From Mobula hypostoma (Eukaryota), in NCBI RefSeq assembly GCF_963921235.1, contig NC_086097.1, forward strand, positions 117,182,001 to 117,246,000: 64,000 nucleotides of DNA, read 5' to 3'. Position 1 is the stretch's first letter, and each line of letters opens with the position of its first letter. A model generated the notes under the pieces. It ran no database searches, was not told where the DNA came from, and saw nothing but the letters and a program-made list of their open reading frames with translations. This document shows positions 1 to 13,100 of the stretch, piece after piece. The position numbers were made by a program, and so were the translations under genes.

Positions 1-227
1 ACCAATTGGTATTTATTTTTAAGTTATACGTTTACTATTTTATATCGGTGATTGATAGTAACTGATTAACTTACCAAGCTGAGTGACAGAACTTTGCACA
101 GATTTTACTTCTAGCAACAGACAGAGGGACATTAAGTAGACATAATGATGAATAGCAGGAGGCAAGACTGAAGTACAAGAGAAGGTGATCTTGTAAAAGC
201 TGAATTTTGCAGCAGAGTGCCAACTCT

Positions 228-810
228 GAACACAAGAGATTTGACAGGTGCTGGAAATCCAGAGCAACAAACTCAAAATGCTGAGGGAACTCAGCAGATA
301 ATTCAGCATTCATGAAGACGAATAAACAGTTGAAGTTTCGGGTTGATACCCTTCACTAGAACTGGGAAGGAAGGAGGAAGAAGCCAGAATAAGAAAGTGG
401 GGGTGAAAGGAAGGAGTAGATGCTGACAAGGGTTTGGAGGAAGAAAAAGCAAATCAAGGTATGGAGGAAGGCAGCTACATACAGGAGGATAGGGGGGAGA
501 TGAAGTGAAAAGCTGGGAGGTGATAGGTGGAAGAGGAAAAGGGATGAAGAAGGAATCTAAAAAGAGAGGAGAGGAAAAAAGGAAGGAGAAGGGTCAACAG
601 AGGGAGACGATGGGCAGGTAAGGAGAAGAGATGGAGGTACGAGGGGAGGCAGAGAATTGGAAATGGCAAAAAAAGGAGGAAGGGAAGCGGGTAGAAATTA
701 TTAGAAGTTGGAGAAATCAATGTTCATGGTATCAAATTGGAGGCTATCCAGATAGAATATGAACTGTTACTACTCTAACCTGAGAGTGGCCTCATTGTGG
801 CCGTAGAGAC
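228..810 (-). mobile_element. Penelope-like element 3'/pLTR fragment, degenerate
   Basis: Similar to the better-preserved PLE copy at 1817-2386 (…gctggaaatccagagcaaca…gaactcagcag…; …ttggaggcta.ccaga..gaatat…ttac..ctc.aacctgag.gtggc). Degenerate hammerhead-like motif at about 326-365. Confidence 0.65.
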
Positions 811-814
811 TGTA

Positions 815-1246
815 AAGGCTGATTTACACTTGTGCGTACGGGCTACTCCGTAGGCCTGATTTATACTTTTGCGTAACCCTACGCTGTAGCGAGCATACGT
901 AGTTGTGTCTATGTCGCTCTGCAATTCACCACCAAAACGCTAGTTGGTGGTGGGGTTTCTATGCCACTGTGTTGAGTTTCTTCATGAGAGACAAGGACGA
1001 GGAAATGCATTTCAAATATTTTCAGATGTCGGCAGGTAGATTTGACGATTTGGTTCATCGTTTCCAACCATTTATTTTGCATCAGTGTACAGACATGGCA
1101 GAGAAAAGCAACCGGAAATGAGATGCTACCAAGCAGACCAATCACAGTTGTTGCGGTCTGCGTCGCCGCGATGCGTGAGTTACATTTTTGGGGAGGTGCA
1201 CGTCACCCTACGGCATACATTTGACGCAGAAATATAAATTGGGCTT
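815..1246 (+). mobile_element. Non-autonomous PIF/Harbinger DNA transposon (internal deletion derivative)
   Basis: Imperfect TIRs AAGGCTGATTTACACTTGTGCGT / ACGCAGAAATATAAATTGGGCTT, flanked by TA..TA. Internal peptide [35 protein letters not shown] resembles the F..YFRMS...F..L N-terminal motif of Harbinger DDE transposases. Confidence 0.75.
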
Positions 1247-1816
1247 TAGTCTAGTTGAGTTGGAGGCATGCAATTCAATTTGTTTTCACTATCTGGACAT
1301 AATGCTGTCATTTGACACAAGGATCAGTAGTGAAGGAATATTTTGGAGATTCCAGACTCTTTGATGCTTGAGTACCTGACAACCTGCAGATAGCGATCAT
1401 GTAGGCATGCTTTAGACCAGTATAGATTTCTGTGGCTGTGACTTTCATCCAGAACAAATTTCTCAATGGATTTCACCTTGAATATCTCAGCAATCTGAAT
1501 TTATTGAGCAATAGGTAAGTTATGATTCCATAACCTAGTATAGGGACCACTGCACAGTTGTCTGGCTCTACTATGCGGGCAAGTGGTATGAACTACCACA
1601 AATGTGTGCTGCAAGTTTTCGAACAAAACTTTATTAGTAACATTTTAAATTCAAGATTGTTTAATGTCATTTCCAGTACACAAGGGTGAAGGAGAACAAA
1701 ATAATTATTACTCCAGATCTGATGTAACATAAAGTAAAACACAATAAGATAAAGAAAAAATAATAATAATAAAAGACAGAATAAATATAAATATGCAAGA
1801 TAACTTATATATGTAA

Positions 1817-2540
1817 CACACATCAAAGTTGCTGGTGAACGCAGCAGGCCAGGCAGCATCTCTAGGAAGAGGTACAGTCGATGTTTCAGGCCGAGACCCT
1901 TCGTCAGGACTAACTGAAAGAAGAGCTAATAAGAGATTTGAAAGTGGGAGGGGGAGGGGGAGATCCAAAATGATAGGAGAAGACAGGAGGGGGAGGGATG
2001 GAGTCAACAGCTGGACAGGTGATAGGCAAAGGGGATACGAGAGGATCATCGGCCAGGAGGCCCAGGAAGAAAGACGGGGGGGGGTACCCAGAGGATGGGC
2101 AAGGGGTATAGTCAGAGGGACAGAGGGAGAAAAAGGAGAGTGAGAGAAAGAATGTGTGTATAAAAATAAATAACAGATGGGGTACGAGGGGGAGGTGGGG
2201 CATTAGCGGAAGTTAGAGAAGTCGATGTTCATGCCATCAGGTTGGAGGCTACCCAGACGGAATATAAGGTGTTGTTCCTCCAACCTGAGTGTGGCTTCAT
2301 CTTTACAGTAGAGGAGGCTTTGGAGGGACATATCAGAATGGGAATGGGACGTGGAATTAAAATGTGTGGCCACTAGGAGATCCTGCTAGCTCGTCCTTCA
2401 GTTAGTCCTGACGAAGGGTCTCGGCCTGAAACGTCGACTGTACCTCTTCCTAGAGATGCTGCCTGGCCTGCTGCGTTCACCAGCAACTTTGATGTGTGTT
2501 GCTTGAATTTCCAGCATCTGCAGAATTCCTGTTGTTTGCG
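1817..2540. mobile_element. Young Penelope-like insertion with inverted pLTR arms
   Basis: 1817-1918 and 2397-2500 are near-perfect inverted copies. Flanked by TSD CTTATATATGTAA (1804-1816) / CTTACATATGTAA (2543-2555). Confidence 0.8.
2403..2440 (+). ncRNA. Minimal type I hammerhead ribozyme motif of a Penelope-like element
   Basis: TAGTC-CTGACGA-AGG(GTCTCGG)CCT-GAAA-C-GTC^GACTG. Core CUGANGA, 3-bp stem II, GAAA, loopless palindromic stem III (ACGT), GUC cleavage triplet, stem I TAGTC/GACTG. Confidence 0.75.
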
Positions 2541-4254
2541 AGCTTACATATGTAAATTGGTTGCACGTCCATAAAGTGGTGATAGGCACAGGTGTGTCTG
2601 TGCAAAAGGCTACTGACTGGAAGTGATAAAGAAGTGGTGGTTGGGGTTGGGGAGAGTGGTTTAGAGTTGATCAGCCTTTACTGCTTGGGGAATGTAACTG
2701 TTTTTGAGTCTGATGATGATGCTGTGTAGCTTTGTGCCTGATGGAAGTGGGACAAACTGTCCATGAGCATGGCGGGTGGGATCCTTCATGATGTTACTGG
2801 CCATTTTCTGGCACCTTTCTTTTTATACCGCATGTGCCTAATGGCGGGTAGGCTGATGCTGGTGATGTGTCGGGCTGTTTTGACTGCTCATTGTGGAGCC
2901 GTCCTGTCCGCCACAGTGCGGTTTCTGTTCCGAGCAGTGATGCAGTGTATTAGGATGCTCTCCACTGTGGATCTGTGGGATGATATGTGTCGATGTGCAT
3001 AGTCCAGCTCTTATCAGCCTCCTCGGAAACTAAAGATGTTGGTGAGCTTTCCTGATTGGGTAGGATGTCTTCTGGGACTAGGAGAGGTTATATGAAGTGT
3101 GCACTCCCAGGAGTTGGAAACTCCCCGTCCTTTCTACTGCTGTGCTGGTGATGTAAAGGGGAGTGTGAGTGGTACAAGTACTCCTGAAGTCAATAACCAT
3201 CTCCCTTGTCTTGTTGATATTAAGGAAGAGGCTATTTGCCTGGCACCAAGTTTCGAGTTCTTCCACCTCCTCTCGGTAGCTGTCTCATCGTTGTTGGTGA
3301 TGAGCCCCAGAACTGTTGCATCATTGACGAACTTGACAATGGGATTACTCGGGTGTTTGGCTGTCCAGTCACGTGTGAGCAGAGTCTACAGCAGTGGGCT
3401 TAGCACTCAGCTCCTGGGGGCACCCATGCCGAGGATGATGGGCAGGGAGGAGAGCTGTGCATCCTGACCATCTGCGGTCTGTTGGTTAGGAAGTCCAACA
3501 CCCAGTTGCACGGTGATATATTTAGACTGAGGAGTAGGAGGTTGTCCACCAGGATCTGTGTGACTATATTGTTGAATGAGGAACTAAAATCCAGAAACAG
3601 CATTCTGACATTGGTGCCGTGGTTTTCTAAGTGTTTCAGGGCCAGGTGAATGACAGATGCTATGTCCCACAGACCTCAATGAACAAACTTCTATTCCTCT
3701 GTCTAAATACATGACTGTGGAACTGTGCTCTGGCATCTGTCGTAGAGCAGTTCTATTAGTAAGCATACTGATGTGTGTCCAATGTGGCAGGAATGGAGTT
3801 TTTGATAGGTTCCATTTTGAGTGATTTTAAAAAAACTTCAGGATGATTGTTGTAAGTGTCACTGGATGGTAGTTGCTTAGTTCTGAGAGTTTTTTGGTAC
3901 AGGGATGATGGTGGCTGATTTGAAGTGTGTGGGGACAACAGCCTGGATGAACGAAGTGTTGAAGATGTCCACGAGTATGTCACTATGTACTCACCCTGAG
4001 TACTCAGCCTGTGATGTTGCCTGGCCTTGTCTAAATAATCTCTGACATCAGCCAACATACAACCACAAGCACCCACCACTGTAAGGACCGTCGCAGAGGT
4101 AATGGTCTTACGTATGTATTTGTAGTGGCCAAGACAATATGGTATTAGAATATCTATTCACAGAGCTGAGAACAGGTATGTGCATCACTATTAAAAGAAT
4201 GCTCTCCCTTCCATTCTACCAAAGAAGATGAGCTCACATTTTAAACATTCATGT

Positions 4255-4375
4255 GCACAAGAGATTCTGCAGATGCTGGAAATCCAGAGCAACACACACA
4301 AAATGCTGGAGGAACTCAGCAGGTCAGGCAACATCTCTGGAGAGGATTAAACAGTCGATGTTTTGGGCTGAGACA
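4255..4375 (-). mobile_element. Short PLE pLTR fragment
   Basis: cacaagagattctgcagatgctggaaatccagagcaacacacacaaaatgctggaggaactcagcagg…cagtcgatgttttgggctgagac. Confidence 0.65.
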
Positions 4376-6135
4376 TTTAATCATAGCATTCTTGTGTCGA
4401 GGCCAATTCACTTAAACTATCAGTAACCTGAAACCAGGCTCATCCTTTTTGGCCTTCTATGTATTATCGGAAACTTTGAAACTTTACACTGTTCCAAATA
4501 ATTCATGCACACAATGAACAGCGGCGTCCTCCACTGATCCCTACTGGACTCAGCCTTCAACTTGCATAACCTGCCCATTCCTCCTTTCTGTTAATCAATC
4601 CTCAGTGCAGGCCATCGTATTGCTATGATTCCATCCACTCTGTGTCTGCTGAAAACACTAGTCAATTAATACACAATTATCTATAACTACTTAAAAAATT
4701 TCTGAGATTTTTTCAAGTACTATCTTCTTTTCATAAATCTGTTAATTCTACACGTTCCTCATTTTTTTAAGTATCACTTCTTTAGTTATAGATTTCCTTC
4801 TATTTATGTTAATCTCAGAAGTCCATCATTTTCTCCTTTCCTTTTCCCTCTTTTTTTAAATGATGGGATTACAATTGTGACCCCATCAGGTATGGAAATT
4901 TGGAATATAGCAACCAGCACATCTCCCATTTCCATTACCAACCATTTTCAAAATCTTGACAACTTTATTTGATTGAGACATGAAGCAAAATTCTCACATC
5001 CTCATCTTCACCTAGCTGTCCAACGATGCCACATTGTGAATTCCATCTCATCTGAGATACTTGTGTATTTTGTTATCACTCGACTCAACTGTTGTAATAA
5101 TCTACCGGCAAATGTTCCATTTCTGTCAATTTGAACTGATCTAAATCTTTGTCCCGGAATTCTACCCCCCAACTTCCTGTTGCATATTCTCAGATATCAA
5201 TGGCAGACTTGTCTTCAGCTGCAGTTGCCTAATTTTTAAAATTATCCCCTTAAACCCATACTTGATGCAGTTTTCAATAACCTGAATCTTCATGTATGTT
5301 GACATTGAATATTTTTTGAAAATGTTCCTCTAAGGAAATTTAAATACTAATTTAAGAACACCTTAAGTACTAATTTGGGAGCATTTCTTATGTTTTTTTT
5401 TGTTTTAGGTATCAATCATTATTTGTTTTAGCAGGTTATTTTGCTAATTACCACACCACTTCTCAAATATTTTATAATGTACTGTCAAAAATATCTAACT
5501 TTCAGTCTGTGTCATGCCATGCCCATATCCTGCTTTTTGAAATCAATGATTTTGTTCACAGACGTATTTCTTCCAAAAGTAAGTCACTGATTATTTTTCC
5601 CTACTGGATGTATTAGAATGCTCTTCGTATATTGTCCAAACAGTGAGCAAGACAGTAACCAGCTGAACAAGAAACAGAATGCTCACATAACAGAAATATG
5701 GAATTTAAAAAAAACAATTCTGAAAATATTAAGTAAGCTAGTGACAAGTATGGAGAAAGATGGGATTAATGTGTTAGGATAACAATCTTTTGAACTGAAT
5801 CCATTGAATGTTGAGTTGATACTGATCTTCAAAAAAAAATATCAATGAGGCAATGTTGGATAAGAGATGAAAATTTAGAAGAGAAAAGAAATTAAATCAG
5901 CAACAAACTAAACTAAATCCAGTTCCGATTGAACTGTTGGAGGTGGTGGTCGAAGTTCAAGGTTCAAAATACATTTATTACCAAAGTATGTATACATTAT
6001 ACAACCTTGAGATTCATCTCCTAACCAGCAGCCACAAAACAAAGAAACACAAAGGAACCTCTTAAAAAAGAAACTGGGAAACACACAACACACAATGAAA
6101 AGCAGTTGTACAGACAATAGAAGTAGGCAAATATG

Positions 6136-6770
6136 ATAGACAGACAGACAGACAGACAGACATACTTTATTGATCCTAAGGGAAATTGAGTTTCGTCACA
6201 GTTGCACCAACCAAGAATAGAGTATGAATATAGCAATATAAAACCATAAATAATTAAATAATAATATGTACAAACGTTTGTAAATTATGCCAGATGGAAA
6301 GTCCAGGACCAGCCTATTGGCTCAGGGTGTCTGATCCTCCAAGGGAGGAGTTGTAAAGTTTGATGGCCACAGGCAGGAATGACTTCCTATGACTCTCAGT
6401 GTTGCATCTCGGTGGAATGAGTCTCTGGCTGAATGTACTCCTATGCCCAACCAGTACATTATGTAGCGGATGGGAGACATTGTCCAAGATGGCATGCAAC
6501 TTGGACAGCATCCTCTTTTCAGACACCATCGTCAGAGAGTCCAGTTCCATACCCACAACATCACTGGCCTTACGAATGAGTTTGTTGATTCTGTTGGTGT
6601 CTGCTACCTTCAGCCTGCTGCCCCAGTACACAACAGCAAACATGATAGCACTGACCACCACAGACTCATAGAACATCCTCAGCATCGTCTGACAGATGCT
6701 AAAGGACCTCAGTCTCCTCAGGAAATAGAGATGGCTCTGACCCTTCTTGCAGACAGCCTCAGTGACCACT
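6136..6770 (-). mobile_element. Young Rex1/Babar-type LINE, 5'-truncated, with (TGTC)n tail
   Basis: ORF 6314-6817 …KKGQSHLYFLRRLRSF…FYESVV…SFLPVAIKLYN. Nearly identical to the copies at 22949-23880 and 37070-38065. Confidence 0.85.
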
Positions 6771-7182
6771 GAGCATTCAGTGCTGAAGTTTACGAAAGAG
6801 AGTCCAGCCACAGACATGAAGCCACAGCCTCAGTTCAAAGCAGAGTCAAGTAAGTATCACAGAGCAGCAAGCTGAATCAGCCCATCCCTCTCCTCTGGCC
6901 CAAACACCCTGACCCTTTTTCAATCTGGCCCAGGGCTTAAATCATCCAGACATTGGGTTGTTCTTCACTCTTGGACCTGGGTTCTGTCACTTCTATAGAC
7001 TCTGGGACCTGGACCCCGGCACCTCATTTCAGTTTATTCTCGATCTTTCCAATTCAGCCCGGTGCTTAAATTGATTGAACCCTGGGTCTTTCCTTGCTCT
7101 CGAGGACGAACCTAATCTCTGCCTTGATTCTGCCTTGCCTCGACTCACCTCGGATCTGTCACATCAAATCGCTTCCAAGTTT

Positions 7183-10100
7183 GAAACATAGAAACATAGA
7201 AAACCTACAGCACAATACAGGCTCTTTGGCCCACAAAGTTGTGCCAAACATGTCTCTACCTTAGAAATTACTAGGCTTGCCTATAGCCCTCTATTTTACT
7301 AAGCTCCATGTACCTATCTAAACTTCTCTTAAAAGACACTATCATATCCGCCTTCACCACCATTGCCGGCAGCCCATTCCACGCACTCACCGCTCTCTGT
7401 GTAAAAAATTTACCCCTGACATCTCCTCTGTACCTACTCCCCAGCCTTAAATCTGTGTCCTCTTGTGGCATCCATTTCAGCCCTGGGAAAAAGCCTCTGA
7501 CTACCTATATGATCAATGCCTCTCATCATCTTATACACCTCTATCAGGTCACATCTTATCCTCCGTCACTCCAAGGATAAATGATGAGTTCACTCAACCT
7601 ATTCTCATAAGGCTTGCTCCCTAATCCAGGCAACATCTTTGTAAATCTCCTCTGCACCCTTTCTGTGGCTTCTACATCCTTCCTGTAGTGAGGCGACCAG
7701 AACTGAGCACAGTACTCCAAGTGAGGTCTGACCAGTGTCCTATATAGTTGCAACATTACCTCTCGGCTCCTAAATTCAATTCCACGATTGATGAAGGCCA
7801 ATACACCGTACGCCTTCTTAACCACAGAGTCAACATGCGCAGCTGGTTTGAGCGTCCTATGGACTCGGATCCCAAGATCCCTCTGATCCTCCACACTGCC
7901 AAGAGTCTAACCATTAATACTACATTCTGCCATCATATTTGACCTACCAAAATGAACCACTTCACACTTATCTGGGTTAAACTCGATCTGCCACTTCTCA
8001 GCCCAGTCTTGCATCCTATTAATGTCCCTCTGTAACCTCTGACAGCCCTTCACACTATGCACAACACCTCCAACCTTTGTGTCATCAGCAAACTTACTAA
8101 CCCATCCCTCCACTTCCTCATCCAGGTCATTTATAAAAATCACGAAGAGTAAGGGTCCCAGAAGAGGTCCCTGAGGCACCTCACTGGTGAACGACCTTCC
8201 ATGCAAATATGACCTGTCTCCAACACTCCTTGCCTTCTGTGGGCAAGCCAGTTCTGGATGCACAAAGCAGTGTCCTCTTGGATCCCACGCCTCTTTACTT
8301 ACTCAACAAGGCTTGCATGGGGTACCTTATCAAATGCCTTGCTGAAATCTATGTACACTACATCTACTGCTCTTCCTTCATCAATGTGTTTAGTCACATC
8401 CTCAAAAAATTCAATCAGGCTCGTAAGGCACGACCTGCCTTTCACAAAGCCATGCTGACTATTCCTAATCATACTATATTTCTCCAAATGTTCATAAATC
8501 CTGCCTCTCTGGATCTGCTCCATCAAATTACCAACCACTGAGGTAATACTCACTGGTCTATAATTTCTTGGGCTATCTCTACTCCCTTTCTTGAATAAAG
8601 GAACAACATTTGCATCCCTCCAATCCTCTAGAACCTCTCCCATTCCCACTGAAGATGCAAAGATCATTGCCAGAGGCTCAGTAATCTCTTATCTTGCCTC
8701 CTACAGTCGCCTGGGGTACATCTTATCCGGTCCCGGCGACATATCCAACTTGATGCTTTCCAAAAGTTTCAGCACATCCTCTTTCGTAATATCTACATGC
8801 TCAAACTTTTCAGTCTGCTGAAAGTCATCACTACAATCACCAATATCCTATTCCATAGTGAATTCTGAAGTAAAGTATTCATTAAGTACATCTGCTATTT
8901 CCTCCGGTTCCATACACACTTTCCCACTGTCACACTTGATAGGTCCTATTCTTTCACATCTTACCCACTTGCTGTTCACATACTTATAGAATGCCTTAGG
9001 GTTTTCCTTAATTCTGCCTGCCAAGGCCTTCTCATGGCCCCTTTTGGCTCTCCTAATTTCCTTTTAAGCTCCTTCCTATTAGCCTTATAATCTTCTAGTT
9101 CACTAACATTACCTAGCTCTCTGAACCTTTGGTAAGCTTTTCTTTTCTTGACTAGATTTATTACAGCCTTTGTATACCACAGTTCCTGTACCCTACCAGA
9201 ATTTCCCTGTCTCATTGGAACCTACCTATACAGAACTCCACATAAATATCCCCTGAATATTTGCCACATTTCTTCTGTACTTTTCCCTGAGAACATCTGC
9301 TTCCAATTTAAGCCTCCAATTTCCTGCCTGATAGCTTTATTATTCCCCTTACTCCAATTAAATGCTTTTCTAACTTGTCTGTTCCTATCTCTCTCCAATG
9401 CTATTGTAAAGGAGACAGAATTATGATCACTATGTCCAAAATGCTCTTCCACTGAGAGATCTGACACCTGACCAGGTTCATTTCCGAATACCAATCAAGT
9501 ACAGCCTCTCCTCTTGTAGGCTTATGTACGTAATGTGTCAAGAAACCTTTCTGAAAACACCTAACAAACTCCACCCCATCCAAATCCCTCGCTCTAGGGA
9601 GATGCCAATCGATATTTGGGAAGTTAAAATATCCCATCACGACAACTCTGTTATTATTACACCTTTCCAAGATCTGTTTCCCTATCTGCTCCTCGATAAC
9701 CATGTTACTATTGGACGGCCTATGAAAAACACCCAGTAAAGTCATTGACCCCTTCCTGTTCCTAACCTCTACCCACAAGACGTCCACCTTTTCTGCAGCC
9801 ATGACACTATCTCCGATCAACAGTGCCACGTCCCCACTTCTTTGGCCTCCCACCTTGTCCTTTCTGAAACATCTAAAACCGGCACTTGAGGTAACCATTC
9901 GTGTAGTGTCTCTGTAATGGCCACCATATCATATATCCAAGTACTGATCCACGCTCTAAGCTCGTCCGCTTTGTTCACAACACTCCTTGCGTTAAAATAG
10001 AAACATCTCAAAACTTCAGTCTGAACACGTCCCTTCTCTATCACCTGCCTATCCTCCCTCTTGCACTGTCTATAACCATATAACCATACAACGATAACAG

Positions 10101-13100
10101 CACAGAAACAGGCCATCTCGGCCCTTCTAGTATGTGCCGAACTGTTACCCTCACCTAGTCCTACCGACCTGCACTCAGCCCATAACTCTCCATTCCTTTC
10201 CTGTCCATATATCCAATTTAACTTTAAATGACAACATCGAACCTGCCTCAACCACTTTTGCTGGAAGCTCGTTCCACACAGCTACCACTCTCTGAGTAAA
10301 GAAGTTCCCTCTCATGTTACCCCTAAAATTTTGCCCTTTAACTCTCAACTCACATCCTCCTGTTTGAATCTCTCCCACTCTCAATGGAAAAAGCCTATCC
10401 ATGTCAACGCTATCTATCCCCCATATAATTTTAAATAGCTCTATCAAGTCCCCCCTCAACCTTCTACACTCCAAAGAATAAAGACCCAACTTGTTCAACC
10501 TTTTTCTGTAACTTAGGTGATGAAACCCAGGTGACATTCTAGTAAATCTTCTCTGTACTCTCTCTATTTTGTTGACATCTTTCCTATAATTTGATGACCA
10601 AAACTGTACACAATACTCCAAATTTGGCCTCACCAATGCTTTGTACAATTTCAAAATTACATCCCATCTCCTATACTCAACGCTCTGATTTATAAAGGCC
10701 AGCATACCAAAAGCTTTCTTCACCACCCTATCCACATGAGATTCCACCTTCAGGGAACTATGCACCATTATTCTTAGATCCCTCTGTTCTACTGCATTCT
10801 TCAGTACCCTACCATTTACCATGTATGACCTATTTTGATTAGACCTACCTAAATGTAGGACTTCACATTTATCAGCATTAAACTCCATCTGCCATCTTTC
10901 AGCCCATGGTTCTAACTGGCCTAAATCTCTCTGCAAGCTTTGAAAACCTACTTCATTATCCACAACTCCACCTATCTTAGTATCATCTGCATACTTACTT
11001 ATCCAGTTTACCATCCCATCATCCAGATCATTAATGTATATGACAAATAACATTGGACCTAGTGCAGATCCCTAAGGCACACCACTAGTCACCGGCCGCC
11101 AATCTGACCACCACTCTCTGGCGTCTCCCATCCAGCCACTGCTGAATCCATTTTACTACTTCAATATTAATACCTAACGATTGAACCTTCCTAACCAACC
11201 TTCTATGTGGGACCTTGTCAAAGGCCTTACTGAAGTCCATATAGACAACATCCACTGCTTTATCCTCGTCAACTTTCCTAGTAACCTCTACAAAAAAATT
11301 CAATAAGATTTGTCAAACATGACCTTCCACACACAAATTCATGTTGACTGTTCCTAATCAGACCCTGTCTATCCAGATAATTAGATATACCATCTCTAAG
11401 AATACTTTCCATCATCTATCCACCACTGACGTCAAACTCACAGGCCGATAATTGCTAGGTTTACTCTGAGAACCCTTTTAAACAATGGAACAACATGAGC
11501 AATACGCCAATCCTCTGGCACCATTCCCGTTTCTAATGACATTTGAAATATTTCCGTCAGAACCCCTGCTATTTCCACACAAACTTCCCTCAAGATCCTA
11601 GGGAACATCCTGTCAGGACCCGGAGACTTATCCACTTTTATATTCCTTGAAAGCGCCAGTACTTCCTCTTCTTTCATCATCATATTTTCCATAACTTCCC
11701 TACCTGTTTCCCTTAGCTTACACAATTCAATATCCTTCTCCTTAGTGAATACCGAAGAAAAGAAATTGTTCAGAATCTCCCCCATCTTTTTTGGCTCCAC
11801 ACCTTGCTGTCCACTCTGATTTTCTAAGGGACCAATTTTATCCCTCACTATCCTTTTGCTATTAATATAACTGTAGAAACCCTTTGGATTTATTTTCACC
11901 TTACTTGCCAAAGCAACCTCATATCTTCTTTTAGCTTTTCTAATTTCTTTCTTAAGATTCTTTTTACATTCTTTATATTCCTCGAGCACCTCATTTACTC
12001 CATGATATGTATATTTATTGTGGATATCTCTCTTTTTGTGAACCAAGTTTGCAATATCCCTTGAAAACCATGGCTCTCTGAAACTTTGAACTTTTCCTTT
12101 CAACCTAACAGGAACATAAAGATTCTGTACCCTCAAAATTTCACCTTTGAATGACCTCCATTTCTCTATTACATCCTTCCCATAAAACAAATTGTCCCAA
12201 TCCACTCCTTCTAAATACTTTCACTTCTCCTCAAAGTTAGCCTTTCTCCAATCAAAAATCTCAACCTTGGGTCCAGACCTATCCTTCTCCATAATTATAT
12301 TGAAACTAACGATATTGTGATCACTGGACCCGAAGTGCTCCCCAACACAAACCTCCGTCACCTGACCTATCTCATTCCCTAACAGGAATTCCAACAATGC
12401 CCCTTCTCTAGTAGGTACCTCTATGTATTGCTGCAAAAAACTATCCTGCACGCATTTTACAAACTCCAAACCATCCAACCCTTTTACAACATGGGCTTCC
12501 CAGTCTATGTGTGGAAAATTAAAATTTCCCACAATCACAACCTTGTGCTGACTACAAATATCTGCTATCTCCTTACAAATTTGCTCCTCCAATTCTCACT
12601 CCCCATTTGGTGGTCTATAATACAGCCCCATAAGTGTTACTGCACCTTTCCCATTCCTCAATTCCACCCAAACAGCCTCCCTAGACGAGCCCTGTAAACT
12701 ATCCTGCCAGAGCACCACTGTAATATTTTCTCTGACAAGCAATGCAACACCTCCCCTCTTGTCCCTCCGATTCTATCACACCTGAAGCAATTAAATCCAG
12801 GAATATTTAGTTGCAAATCACACCCCTCCTGTAACTATGTTTCACTAATAGCGACCACATCATACTTCCAGGTATCAATCCATGCTTTAAGCTCATCCAC
12901 CTTTCTTATAATGCTCCTAGCATTAAAATAAATGTATTTAAGAAATTTTCCACCTCTTACTCTCTGTTTATCACTAACGGTGCAAACAATGTTACTATTT
13001 TTTTCTTCCTTCTCCGCTATATCTGTTCCTACACTCTGGTCCCCCTCCCCCCTTGTATCTAGTTTAAATCCACTGGAGCCTCTCTAGCAAACCTACCTGC

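Larger units (their letters stand above)
1648..4085 (-). mobile_element. Degenerate Rex1/Babar-type LINE (RT C-terminal half plus 3' end), interrupted by the PLE at 1817-2540
   Basis: ORF fragments MLFLDFSSSFNNIVTQILVD…CNWVLDFLTNRPQ and WCQANSLFLNINKTREMVIDFR…FQLLGVH. Many frameshifts. Confidence 0.8.

Noticed and set aside
475..720. Leu/Pro/Phe-rich ORFs (also 1708-2203) as membrane proteins
   Set aside because: Translations of the polypyrimidine-rich tract of PLE pLTRs.
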